A program made the position numbers and the translations under genes. DNA of 63,520 nucleotides, filler included, from Basidiobolus ranarum (lineage: Eukaryota): NCBI GenBank assembly GCA_040143965.1. It is 9 parts of 9 records of this genome, joined end to end, with 100 filler letters (N's around TTAATTAATTAA, not from the genome) between each part and the next. Parts side by side here need not be neighbours in the genome. Positions count along the whole stretch, not along the records: positions 1 to 6,983 come from JASJQH010008073.1; positions 7,084 to 14,060 come from JASJQH010008074.1; 7 more parts are not named here. One strand, 5' to 3'. Below are positions 1 through 12,930 of this stretch, piece by piece; within the stretch, counting starts at the first letter, position 1, and each line of letters opens with the position of its first letter. The notes under the pieces were generated by a model. That model searched no databases. It was not told where the DNA came from and saw only the letters and a program-made list of their open reading frames with translations.

Positions 1-576
1 TTAATTTGATGTGTATTTGATACTCAGAAAGATTCAAATGTGGCCACTTGGCCCTATTTAATTGGTAACTATGAGAATATTGTAAGCTTTATTTCTTTCA
101 CTATACTTTAAACTTCATAAGCCACCTCACAGCATTAAATGTCAGAGAACAATTTATTATTAATTTATAACCCACCCTCATAGTATTCTAGCAGTGAGTA
201 CTGAGTGACATTATTACAAAATTCTAGTTAGAGAATGAAATAAATTCAAGAACGGTTGCCTTATGTTGCCAACACTTTTTTGTTTCGATCTATTCTATGG
301 CCAAAATGTAGATGTGCATTTCAGAGTTATATATGAATCACTCGATGTCAATTTTATATTTACATCTTTACCCCAACTACTGATATTTAGGTGGCTTATT
401 TACGAATTTACTTGAAGTTGATTAAAATAGAGAATCTTGGCCTAAAATAACCACGAAATCGCAATCACGCCATTAATAACAGATTCGCAACAGATTCGCA
501 ACATATCCATTTATCACGTCATTAATTCATTTAAAAGGCGATGTTGGAAGAGAAGAGAATGAAAACCCAAATCAAG

Positions 577-1268
577 ATGGGTTCCGACACTTTTGCGCAA
601 TTTGAAAAGGCTAATGAGGAATATAGTGGCAAGTTCCAAGACAGTGGCTTACCGCTTCCGCCGAGTAGGAAAGTTGCCATTGTAACTTGCATGGTAGATT
701 CACTGGCATTGGATGAAATCATCATGAGTAACTTGTTAAACAGGAACAATTAATGTAGGATGCTAGGATTGACCCTGCCAAATCACTTGGCATCGAGCTT
801 GGACAATGCCATATTATTCGAAATGCTGGTAAAGGAGCTTAAATGATATTATTATAAGCTGAAATTTATAACCTAGAAAAATGTTTCCTAGGAGGACGAA
901 CTTCAGAAGCCTTACGCTCTCTTGTAATTTCACAGCAGCTTTTAGGCACAAGAGATATTGTTGTGATTCATCACACTGATTGTGGAATGCTAACTTTCAG
1001 CAACGATGTAAGAGTAAATACTTCAAGGCAACTATCTCAAACTAATCCTTCTATTCTTTGTTAGATGCTGAATGATCATCTTAAGAGCCATTTGCAACTC
1101 ACGGCACTTCCTCAAATCCATGATTTTCTTCCCTTTAGCAATCTGGAAAAAAGTGTGGAAGAAGATGTTGTCTTTTTGCGGACCAATGAATTAATTCTCA
1201 AGGAAACCAAATTGCGTGGCTATATTTATGATGTTAATAGTGGGAAACTACATGTTGTCTCAAGTTAA
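577..1268 (+). CDS. Beta-class carbonic anhydrase (clade D / Cab-like), 4 exons
   Basis: Splicing three short GT-AG introns joins [90 protein letters not shown]. The Zn motifs CxDxR and HxxC are present. Confidence 0.93.
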
Positions 1269-3668
1269 GCATGTTTGATATAGAAATAGTTCCCTAAATA
1301 AATCCCTGTTATTTATATGTTGAAAAAATATCTCATTTGTGTGCGGAAAAAACTCACTCATATTTTAAGTTGGTCTGGCACCTTTCCTTTGATCACTGAC
1401 TTAATTGACTGTTATCATGTAAGCACTCATATTTCATACCAGCTATATTTAAACTAAATCTGCCATTATTCACACAGTCTGAAGTATCAGCTACAGCAGT
1501 AAAAGCAAATTTGAGTAGCTTCCTGATAAAGTATCTACTACCAAGATTATTACAAAAACCAAAACATAACAAATCATCAGATGGAGCACATGTACTCATC
1601 ACTACTTTTTGTTTCTTGCATGTATTTTCAAATGACATAGTTTGACTTCATAATCCGACTTGTCACATAATCTACACAATGGTCAGACAACACTCTTTGA
1701 TGTTAAGAAAATGTCACCTCTACTCCCTATGTGCTTTTGTATTCAGCACTATCAGTTAGTTAAATTTGAGTTTGGGATGGCCTTTTTGATAGTACTTTCT
1801 ATGTACTATGGTACAAAGCTAAAAAATGTAGGTCTGTATTAGGCACATGTAGGATAAAAGTGTCATTTTTGAACATGTGCTCATGGCCTTTAAACTAGTA
1901 CTCGATTCCATAGTAAACCTGGCTATAGCCTACTCATCTCCACTCTGGATAGCTCGGTGTTCTCTCTACTTTTTGGAGGGCCAGAAGAGCAGTAAGATAT
2001 TAGAGAGTTTGGGGTTTATGATGAGTTCATGGGAAGTAAACAATGGAAGTTGGAAATAGTGAAATTCTCATACTCTTGTAATTATGTGCTACTTGCAAAC
2101 ATTACCTGTTTGCACAAGTATATTTTGGATGCAATAGTGTTAACATGTTTTGTGAGAAGGAATATGCTCAAGGTACTGATAAAGTTGTATTACCTAGACA
2201 GGCTAAATAAAATTTAAAATATCTGATCGAATATTACGTGCCAAGTAAAATTTGTCCAATTCCACAACAGCCAAAGCATATTTCTGAGATTGAAGCAGAT
2301 GTTAAAGTGGTGATGATATTGAAATATAGTTTCAAATTCAGGGAGCCTGTATATTGTTGAAGCAATGAATGGAGTATAATTTTAATAAAGTATAAGAAAA
2401 GGGATGGGATCAACCAATAGTTAAGTTCAATAGCGCAACAATATCTCAGATTCTTGCTATATAGCAACCTGCTATGGTTATAGAGAATACTGCTAGCCAC
2501 AGTCAACAAAGTCACTAAAATTCTATAAACACAATTGTTATTTTTAAATTTAAGGACTAGAACCCTGGCATAAAATAACCTTATTTGTCACAGTATGCAA
2601 TGAGCCTCAATGTTGGCGCCAATACATACATACTCTGTCAAAACTATCAGAATCCCAACTACCTAGAAGCATCACCCACGAAGAAACATAATTGAAACTA
2701 GATAGAAACTAGAGAGTGTGTTGGTGAAAAGTTAACCAAAACTCCAATCTGGATCTTACCCAGTGAATCAGTATACAAAAATCTTGAATAATTGACTACA
2801 AAAGACAACTACAATATCGTAAAAAGTTTCATCGAAATATCTTTCTTTGCTTGTATACCGATAACTTTTGATTTTCGATATGCCATGGCAAGCCTCCAGA
2901 GGAAATTTTCGGCGTGGTATCGAGTGAGATAAGATTGTAATTTGTATTATTGTGACTGATGCTGATAGGTAGTTTGATTAAAGGGCTAACGCCCTGAGGG
3001 TCTTTAGCTATATTGTTGTTATTCCATGTCAAAATACCTAACCCTATTTCCTACCAATATCCGTAGTAATCATAGACACTCATATAAACATAACTTACAT
3101 ATCAATCTTCATTTCTAAAAGGTTTGTAAAAGTAGTGAATGTAATATGTGAGTTGGAGAGAAATTAGACTGCCTATAAGCACTCATCTAAATATGTTAGC
3201 GAGGCTTGACTTGATACTAAACATAATTTTTCACTCCATACAGGACGATAATAACTTAGGTTTGAATGGCAATGTGAAGCTTTCTTTGCTTTGCTTATAC
3301 ATAGAAATTTCATTCTTTATACCTGCCTTCCTGGATATTATTTTAATTAGGTAATCATATTTACCGTTCTGAATATCATTACAGCTGAATACTGGGGTTG
3401 TATCTCGATAGCAGCAGGCATCGATGAGAAAAATGACAAAGTCTTTAACAATCTGTTAAGAATTCATAAAATGAAATCCCAAGTTTATGCGGTATAGTGT
3501 CACGTAAGCTTGTTCCACCAAACCGTTTTCACATCTTTTTACAGGTTATATATTAACCATGGGGGCAATACATGTCCAATATTCAAAATCCTCTACTATA
3601 GAAGATCCAGAGATAATAACCCTAAGCTAGTAATTACGTACAAAACTCGATTTTAAAAAATACACCAG

Positions 3669-3740
3669 GGCTCAATGGTCTAGTCGTATGATTCCTCGTT
3701 CGGGTCGTGGAGGTCCCGGGTTCAATTCCCGGTTGAGCCC
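3669..3740 (+). tRNA. tRNA-Pro(CGG), with non-canonical positions
   Basis: Acceptor GGCTCAA/TTGAGCC; T-arm CCGGG-TTCAATT-CCCGG; anticodon loop TT-CGG-GT; T-run downstream. The D-loop reads AGTCGTA (GG replaced by CG) and the anticodon stem has a T:T mismatch. Confidence 0.88.
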
Positions 3741-4140
3741 ATCTTCTTTTGTTTAATATAACATATTTTTAATATTATAGTGAAAGCATTCCAATATTAT
3801 TATGTGGAAGAGTGAAATAGTACAAGTACGGGCTACGCCTACAATAAAGAGAGGATATAAATCTGATAGCTTACAGAGCCTGTGAATTTGTAACGATTCA
3901 GTGATATTTTCGTCAAAGTTTATTCTTTCATTCAAATGTGAATTTGTTTTCTCGATCAGAAGTGGTCTATTCTATATTGACAAGCCACTACTTTAAGATA
4001 CATTTTCTGATTGTGTTGAAACGTAATATTTATTATTGATATCCAAAATATGCTTGCTGTTATTTAAAACCTGGTGTTCTTTTGTATATATTGTACATAG
4101 TTAAATACATACCGAATGAAATCGGAATTTCAAGTCACGC

Positions 4141-4705
4141 TTAATCTAATTCTTCAACAGTTGGTCATTAGTATCCTGGTGCATTTTGATCTTGATAGAA
4201 TTGACAACACCATCCAATTATTTTGTTTCTCTTTGTACTCTTCCTTAGGAGCGTCTTGACTTGCGTCCAATCAGCTGATAGTACCATTGATAGCTTTTTC
4301 AAGTTTCTTCTTATTATTCACATCTATTTGGCCAGCAACTTTTTCATCTTGAAGAGTGTTACGAAGTGAGTAGGCATAGGATTCAAGCTGATTCTTAGCG
4401 GATACACAAGAAGCTACCTCTTCATCTTCAGAAACCATACTTTCAATATCCTCGTTAGAAAGACAGCCCTTATCGTTGCTAATGGTGATCCTTAGTAAGA
4501 GGATCTCCATACAATATAGCTGCCTGAACAGCATGATGTATTTATTGGGCTCCTTACAATTGAAGTAGTCAGAAACGAGTTTTTGAATTTTAGGGATAGT
4601 AGATCCACCAACGAGAATGGTCTCATGAATGTTAGCTTTGTTAATCATGGAATCACGAAGAACCTTCTCAACAGAACTGTAAATTCCATCGTTTATGGTG
4701 AGTTG
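4141..4705 (-). pseudogene. Cytosolic Hsp70 pseudogene with multiple internal deletions
   Basis: Fragments in order: [38 protein letters not shown], frameshifted [41 protein letters not shown], a premature TGA, and terminal PTVEELD*. Confidence 0.9.
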
Positions 4706-4988
4706 ATGATATTGCCATGGAAAATTATGAATTCTATATCATAGTTATATCTTTATTCTTTTTCATAGTTGTCTATAGTATGATTCATGAAAAAAGCCTA
4801 TAGATTGAGTGTTATATTACGCTCTTAAGATCAACTCTCCTTTAAGAAAGTGCTTTCTCCTAAGAGTGCGGTAATTCGCGAATAGAGACCTTTCCTACAG
4901 TTGATTCCCACAAAGAATCGCTCACAAACAGTTGGTCTCTTATGTCTAAAAGTCTCGATTCCTTGGTAGGTCACAACCTCTTAATAAA

Positions 4989-5060
4989 GCCTGCTTAGCG
5001 CAGTGGTAGCGCGTCAGTCTCGTAAACTGAAGGTCGCCAGTTCAATCCCGGCAGTAGGCA
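4989..5060 (+). tRNA. tRNA-Thr(CGT)
   Basis: Acceptor GCCTGCT/AGTAGGC; D-arm GCGC..GCGC; anticodon arm TCAGT-CT CGT AA-ACTGA; T-loop TTCAATC with one A:C mismatch in the T-stem; TTTT terminator downstream. Confidence 0.9.
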
Positions 5061-6269
5061 ACTTTTCTTATTGAATTTGATAACGCAATATTTTACTACT
5101 GAAATCTCACTAGAAGTAAAAGAAAAGGTAATCTTAGAGGATCCAGAGGTAACATAGTCAGATTAGCATAGTGAACTTGAAGTACTGGGCATTTATTAAC
5201 ATTGCTTGAAGTCACAATCATTAATTGATATTACTGGTCATTATTCATGAGCTGTTCTTAAATAGTCTGGAATTAATGTTCGTAAATATGTATATATTCA
5301 TAAATAAGCAAAGTCAGATAATTGTTGGTCAACAAGTAACAATATAACTAGTCAAGTATATTTGTCAATTCAAGAATACATACAGTTTTAGGTACTCTGT
5401 TTCACTAGAAAGAGTGAGATATCTTCAAAACTCGTACCGAATATGCATCTGCTTCTTGTTGCCCACATATTAAACAAACCAGTCTGTTATCCCAATAAAA
5501 GAAATATAGTTAAATGTTTACTGGTTTAATTAGTGATAAATATGGATTACTTTATCGACAATGCTATTCAAATCTTATGCGAATCGAGAGTATTTATTAT
5601 TGTAATGCCTGCTATTTGTATATACCTCATACCACAGAATAAAATACTGATATTTTAAAGGGAAAATTGGTCGAGTTAATATGCAACAAAAAATTCTTGC
5701 CTGACAGGAGCAGCCTGCGATCACATAAGTGGGTTCTTCATATATTATAATTTAAGAAGTGCACAGTATCTCAAAATCCTAGACGCAGTCATCTTCGAGG
5801 TGTCTCAACTATTAAAATTTCGTTTGTAGAAGGTGAGCGTTATGCACTGCCTCTTAGTTATTTCCATACGAAATTCTTAACTATTCACCTTGAAAGGTTT
5901 AGCAGATCATGTTGGAGTTACCAAGTTCATAACTCTGAATGCAGTTAATCAAACACATGAACGATTTGAGTTGCACTGCTGTGACACTTCTTGAATGAAT
6001 TTCCACTTACAAGGGAAATGCTACATCAGTACTACGCTAAATCTATGGACGAAAATCCCTGAACTTTTATTTCCCACTTCAAGATAATCTGGTATCTTCT
6101 TAAGGTTCGTGATTTGCGTACACTTGTCAGTGATGGCGTTCTAACTCTAATTCTCGAACAGCGCAATGAGTAGAGATATCATTGAGAAAGCTGAATCTGT
6201 ACAAGCAACTCCACAAGGTGCCTATAACTTCATCACAAAGTACTCTAAATTTTTCACCAAAGATAATCT

Positions 6270-6392
6270 GTAGGCCGTACCAGGAATGACAGAGATATGA
6301 GTGGCTTGGCATTATTCCTGTGTTCGAAAGTGGCTGCTTATATCAATGGCTCTGCTATTACCATTTATAGTGGTGGTGCTTCATGGATATAG
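6270..6392 (+). pseudogene. C-terminal remnant of a short-chain dehydrogenase/reductase
   Basis: Reads VGRTRNDRDMSGLALFLCSKVAAYINGSAITIYSGG*, matching the SDR C-terminal pattern GRxGxxxD(M/I)xxxxxFLxSxxxxYxxGxxxxxDGG. Upstream frames are broken. Confidence 0.65.
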
Positions 6393-6751
6393 TCGTATCA
6401 GACAAGAGAAGATTACAACAGACGTAACTGTATTTTATTTATCTATATTAACTGCAGAGAGTTCTGTCAAATGGGTTTTTAATACCGCTCTACATAAAAT
6501 TGAATTCAAGACCACTGAAGTAAATCATTCAATAAATATCTCTCGTCAAATCTCATACTTTAGACACCAGTTTGCTTCTGACCGCAGAACACAGGTCTAA
6601 CCACTCTGACCACATTGATTATATTAGGATTACTCCATGATTGACTGTAATGGGATAGGACTATTCTAGCAGTAGCTACAATCAGTGTGTTCCAATCAGT
6701 CTATATGTTGTTTGACCATGGAATCTGAACGCTTTATGTAACTACAACATT

Positions 6752-6839
6752 TTCCAAATACAACGTACAACTGTCAATCAATTCCAAATACAGCTGCAAC
6801 AGTCAATCCTTTCCAAATACAGCTTAAAACTATCACTCA
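6752..6839. repeat. Imperfect ~30-bp tandem repeat x3
   Basis: TTCCAAATACA(ACG/GC)..CAACWGTCAATC units start at 6752, 6782 and 6811. Confidence 0.8.
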
Positions 6840-6983
6840 GCGTGATATAAAAGGAAAAGGATCATCCTTAATCAATCATTAGTTTCTTTGTTGTATTACC
6901 CTAACCCCTAACCCTAACTGGTGCTTGTAATGCAATTTAACCTAACCCTATACATTCTATCTTCTAGTCAGTAGTCCATTCGT

Positions 6984-7083
6984 NNNNNNNNNNNNNNNNN
7001 NNNNNNNNNNNNNNNNNNNNNNNNNNNTTAATTAATTAANNNNNNNNNNNNNNNNNNNNNNNNNNNNNNNNNNNNNNNNNNNN
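6984..7083. other. Artificial contig linker
   Basis: N44-TTAATTAATTAA-N44, giving stops in all six frames. Confidence 0.99.
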
Positions 7084-7950
7084 TTTCAGAAGGAGGAAGA
7101 TTTAAGTTGATTAAAATTATTGGCCAGCAAGCCTTTCCAATGGTATATTTGTTTAGTGAGAAACCATCCAGAGCCAATGCAAATGCATGATCATCTGTGT
7201 TCTCAAAGAAATCTTGACTTTTCAGATTTGAGTAGTGATATCCATCAAGTATATTGGTAATACCATCAGCTTTATGGTGAGTACTTTGGTATTGGATCAA
7301 TGATCTATATTTAGGTGAATTCATCAAAACTTTAAGAAGCAGTATCAATATTATGTAGCCAAATATGAACCACATTAACCTGATTCAGCAATTGCCAATT
7401 GTGTGCAAACAGTACATGACTCAGGTTTTCAGATCACTGGTGAAGGCCAAACCACCATTTGGACATGAAGGTGTTTAATTACTGAAGGATTATTAGTTGT
7501 ACAATTGACAAGTGTTTTCCACTTGTACCAGGTCTGTGGCAAGCAACAGTTGCCAATTAACTGTGGTAAAAGTGTAAGAAAACCAAAAAGCACCTGGTTG
7601 TTAAAATTGATGGAACTCTCCACTCCTAAATAATCTAAGTGGCTTCTGGTGCTGTAAGTGTTATGAGTAGACTAATGCTTGCCAATAACAAAGAGTCCAT
7701 AACAAAACCATTGTGTTCTTCTTCAACTTCTGATATACAACCATTGGTACTGGAAAACCAAGCTCTACATCTAGAAGCATGTCCTCCAAGCTGTCTGGAC
7801 TTACTGGCTTCACCAAAGTTGAATTTCTACCTACATCATTCTGGTCATATAACTGCAGTAACTCCATGGTGTCTTGACTGTTGGTAGTGTTACCAACACT
7901 TTCAGGAAAAGTATGACCATTGGACTCAGTGGGCAAAACCAAGGTCCATT
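7084..7950 (-). mobile_element. Degenerate CACTA/En-Spm-like (Tnp2, Transposase_21-type) transposase fragment, cut by the contig edge
   Basis: ILDGYHY..FALALDGFSLNK....CWPIILINLNLPPSE matches the Tnp2 DG..WP..NLPP motif. A CPNG.LAFT..CxxC remnant lies upstream near 7410-7470. Stops and frameshifts are present; the far boundary is approximate. Confidence 0.75.
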
Positions 7951-8544
7951 TTGTGCATATATTACTGTAGTTATTGACCAGCTTTATACAGCTGGTGGCT
8001 TTGTATAGTAAACATACTTGGGTTCATTTTTCCTATGAAGCCTCTGGCTTTCATAGCACAAGAATTTGTGACAATAATAGCAGGGCTTCTTTAAATATTT
8101 GTCTTGTTGCATAAGAAGGATATTGTGGAAGATAGAACATATCCTGTGTAAGTATGCTATTATAGATATATCCCATCAATATTATCAGCTGAGTCATCAG
8201 AGGATTCACAAGATGTCTCCGGTAATGGATGGCAATTTTGGTTTATGATAAGCTTTTTCAAAGCAATTTCATTACACCAGGTTTACCATCTAAAGTTTCA
8301 ATGCCATTCAAAAAGCATTCAAAATCTAAATGAAAATAGCTTCAAAGCAAAAGCCTGTGGCACAAAAGAAAAAAAACCAGCAAGAACAGAGGACTTAATA
8401 GGTTTGCAGTCTAACAATCCACTGTCCACTTTGGAAGGCATTAACAGGCCAGAAACAAACTCAAGTAGTGATGAAGCATTAATCAATTTATGAGAGGTGT
8501 TTCTTTCCAGCAATAGTGGAAGTGAAGAGATTGTAATCCCCTGA

Positions 8545-11500
8545 CTACATAGTACATCAATACTTAAGTGTCTAATCCACAAACCCAAATCTTGTCCAAA
8601 ACACTTCCAAATTCCCTAAACACATTTATCAGGTGGTGAGCCCCTAGCTAGCTGATAAAGGAATCTCTACCAGTACTACTATCAACAATTTTGGATCCAC
8701 CAACAAGTTTGATGGTGAAGACTTTCATCTTTGAAGCTCAAGATGCAAATGGTGCTAGAAGACAACAACCATTGGGGATTTGTTACAAGGGAAGAAACAG
8801 AGCCAAAGGGAACACCAGAAACTATCCTTGTGTTTAACAAGAGGCACAGGCCAGCACTTTCTACACTTTGTCAACATCTCCAAGACTCTCAATAGAGGAA
8901 CATATACTCAGCCAAAAACATCCAAACTGCCTGGAAAGCACTTAGGGGACTCTACAAGACTAAGAGTGTAGCTAATAGGCTTTATTTTAGGTGAAAATTG
9001 TTCTCAATTCAGATGAATTCAGAAGATTCTATGGCCAAGGATATAATTCAGAAAAAAACTATGGCAGAGCAGCTCTCCTTGATTGGAGCACCTTGAAATG
9101 AGGATGCCTTAGTCATGACACTACTTGGGAGCCTGCCAGATAAGTTTGGGAACCACATCATTGCCTTAGAATCTAGATTAAAGCCATTAACAATCAAATA
9201 TGTTGGTGCTATGCTCTTGAATGAGGAATTAGGGAGAACTTATTCTCAGCAAAATAATGCAGATTGGGAATTTTTTGAAGCTGTAAAACATCTAACAGGC
9301 TTCAACAATGGTGCCCCTGATACAAAACAATCATCTGCATATTTTGCAAGAAACCAGGCCATTTTATTAAACATTGAAGAAAAGAATTTTTGCAAAAAGC
9401 TAAAATCAGAACATGCAAACCAAGTAAGCACTGATAGGGATCATATATTTGTGTCTGCCCAATCAGTAACCACTAAAGAAGACTCATAAATGTAACACAT
9501 TGATTCAGGAGCTTCTCAGCATATGTCAAACAAGAAAGATTAGCTTTCCAGCTTAAAACTCATCCAAACAAGGAAAGTTTACTCAGATGATGACAATGCA
9601 CTCAATGCAGTTAGTAAGGGCACAGTAGTACTCATTTTAGATCAAAATTCAGCTATCCCATATGGAAAATTGGACGATTTACACTATGTACTAAATACCG
9701 TCAAGAATTTAGTCTAAGTAAGCCAAAAAACAACTGAAAGACCAGATATTGTGTTCATCTAGGCTGGATGCACTGTCACAGATCATTAAACACCCAAATT
9801 AGCTACTGAGATCAAAAGTCAAACCTATACAACCTAGAAGTCATCAAATTACATTCTGAGCATGCAACATGGCCAAAACAAGTAAAATAAGCTGCCAAAT
9901 GTGGCATAGAAGATTTGGCCATGTTGGGGAAAATCAACTGAAACAACTGATTGGAAATCAGCTTGTTTCAGGCTTACATATTTAAAATATCACTAAATTG
10001 GATCTGTGCAAAGGTTGCATATATGGAAAGCATCACAAAGAGCCATTTTCAAACTCTAGAGAAATCAAATTGACTTAGAACTCTATCCTGATTCATTCTT
10101 ACCTGTGTGGGCTCATGAAAAAGGTCTCACTAGGTGGCAAAAGGTATTTTATGCCCTGTATTGATGAAAACTTGGGTATTCTTGCTCAAATCAAAAACTG
10201 AAGCCATAGCTGCACTTAAGCATTACAAAGCAGTGGTGCAGAAAGAATCAGCACAACAAAGAAGGGTTCAAAGGTGTCATAATGGTGGGGAATATAGCTC
10301 AAAAGACTTTGCTAGTTTCTGTCCTAAAAAGGGATTTAAGCAAAAAACAACTGCACCATATATTCCCCATCAAAATGGAGCTCAGAATATGCTAATATGA
10401 CCATAGTGGATATGGCAAGACAAATGTTACATGATCAAAAATTAGATTATCAATATTGGGCCAAATCTGTCTCCACTGCAGTCTATATGAAAAATAGATG
10501 CCCAAAAGGATTGCAACATATCTCTACTCCATTGAGCCCTGTGTTGATCAAAATCAAGTGTGGATCATCCAAGGGTTTTTGATTGCACCACATCTTGCCT
10601 AATTCCAGCTTAAAGATGCTCTAAATTGGAACCCAAATGCAGTAAATGCATATTCCTTTGTTCCTGTGATGGATCCAAGGCCTATAGACTGGTTGATACC
10701 AAAAATCAAAAGTTCACTAAGGCCAGAGATGAGATCTGAGATGAAAAAGCATATTTTCACCTCAAATAGTAGTTATTGATCCAGAAAACATTATCAGCAC
10801 TATTCAGGAAGTATCTGACAAAATTCCAGCTTTATCTGAGCCCAATTCAACCCATATTCAAGCTCTAATTACATCTGATGAGGTTTCAACACCTAGAAGG
10901 TCATCTAGAAGGAGATATAATCCAGATAACAGGTGGGGCATTTTTAATGATGATGTATATGCTTACGCAGCATTTTGTTACAAGCCACAGACCCTGGATC
11001 AAACTCTGGAGTGTCTAGAATCAAAATTATAGAAAAAGCAATGAATGATCAGTTTTGGTCACTTCTGGACAATGAAACATGTGCTTTGAATACACTACCA
11101 TCAGGGAGGAAGCCAATAGGTTGCTAAAGGGTCTAAAAAGTCAAAAACCAAGCCAATGGAACCGTAGAAAGATACAAAGTAAGATCAGCTGCAACAAGTA
11201 ATTCCCAGACTCCATGAGTTAATTTTAATGTAACTTTTGCTCCAATAGCTGAGTTTAGCCCCATTAGATCACTCCTGGCACTCTAAGCCATCCAGCATCT
11301 TGATTTCTATCAAATGGATGTAAGAACACCCTGTCTAAATGGAAATCTAGAGAAAAGATCTATATGGAGCAACCAGATAGATTTGATGACCCCAAAACCC
11401 TGATTTGGTCTGTAAACTGCAAAAATTGCTACATGAACTCAAGCAAGCATGCAGGGCATGGTTGTACAAGAAAGATACCTATTTGGAATACAGGAATTCT

Positions 11501-12915
11501 AAAAATGCTTAGCAGATCACAGTATTAACATCAAAACAACGGGAAACAGGATCCTTCTCTTGGCACTCTACGTGGATAACATGACCATAGTTACAAACGT
11601 TTTAGAAGCCCACTATTAGATGAAAAAAAGCTGATCAAACCAATTTTGGGTGTCAAGTATTAGTGAGTTAAATTATTTCCTTGCAATCCAAATCAAGAGA
11701 GATAAACCCAATCAAAAAATCTTGTTGAATCAGTGTAGATGCATTCTGGATATCCTAAAATGCTTCAACATGGAGAATAGCAAGCCTGTATCAACACCAA
11801 TGGATCCCAATGTGAAATTAATCAAAATTTCATATGATTTGGCCCAAAATGACTTAAATCAAAGCCAGGAGTTCCCCTATCAATCCATGGAGGAAGGTTT
11901 AATGTGTATATTGATTGGAACACATCCAGAGATTGCTGTGCCTGTGGGGACTGTCAGCCAATATCTCAAAAATCCTGGGTCTGAGCACAAAACTACAGTA
12001 AAACAAATATTCAGATAGTTGTAAGGAACTGTAGACCTAGTTCTGGAGTACTCTGGCACTCCTGATGCACAGAATTTTGACAGCTCCATTAATACTGAAT
12101 GGGGAAGAAACCTTGATGATAAAAGATTGACAACTGTGTACACTTTTCTCCATGGCATTGGAGCTATAGCTTAAAATAGCAGGTGGCTACCAAACATAGC
12201 ACTTTCCACTTCAGAAGCAGAGTATATGGCTCTCTGTGCTACTACACAAGAACCTATATAGTTAAGGAAGTTATTTACAGACTTAGAATACATGCAAAAA
12301 TGTGCTATTATCACATTTGATGATCATCATAGTTGTATTTGATGAGGTAAAAACCCTAAACTTCATGCCATAACAAAACACATATATATTTGGCATCTTT
12401 CTGTTTGAGAAGCAATAGAGAATGGTATAACTGGACCTGTCTTTTGCCCTAATGAAGAAATCATTGCTGACATCTTATCCAAATCTTTAGCTAAAGCACA
12501 ACTTGAATTACCAGGATAAAAGTTTGGTTTAAGAGAAATACAAAGTCATTAGTTAGGTAGGAATGTTGAGATTAGATAAATAGTAACTCATTATTTAGTA
12601 GTTAGTTTATCCATGTTCTAATTAGTTAGCATACAATTCTGCCATCGAAAAATGTGTGCTTATTGCTCTTATTGATTGAAATTTCAATTAGATCTCTTTT
12701 GCCAATTTTCACTATTTTCTCAAAACTTCTCCAAATCATCTCAAATTTTCACCCATGCTTAACAGGCATGTTTGTTATGATCTAAGCCCATCCAATAGGT
12801 CTATTTCATAGTAAACTATAAATAGTATATATTCAATTCAATAAAATGCAAGTGTCTGATTTAAAAATCCAAATTTTGTTCAAAACACTACTAAATTGCC
12901 TAAACACTTTTATCA
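8545..12915 (+). mobile_element. Degenerate Ty1/Copia LTR retrotransposon, near full length
   Basis: 5' LTR remnant ends ..TTTATCA(8631), followed by PBS-like GGTGGTGAGCCC. Then gag (LLGSLPDKF), protease (IDSGASQHM), integrase (IHSYLCG, HNGGEY, TAPYIPHQNG), RT (QMDVRT, LYVDN) and RNase H (SEAEYMAL, ADILSKSL) in Copia order, a purine-rich tract, and the 3' LTR. Many stops. Confidence 0.95.
12564..12915 (+). repeat. Copia LTR (~350 bp, TG...CA)
   Basis: Starts TGTTGAG right after AGGTAGGAA and ends TTTTATCA. Its last ~80 bp align with 8550-8631 and its first ~260 bp align with 13801-14060. Confidence 0.88.
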
Positions 12916-12930
12916 AATAGCCTGCCACAC

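Noticed and set aside
1320..3480. Possible decayed transposon or gene fragments
   Set aside because: Only short ORFs with no motif I can assign.
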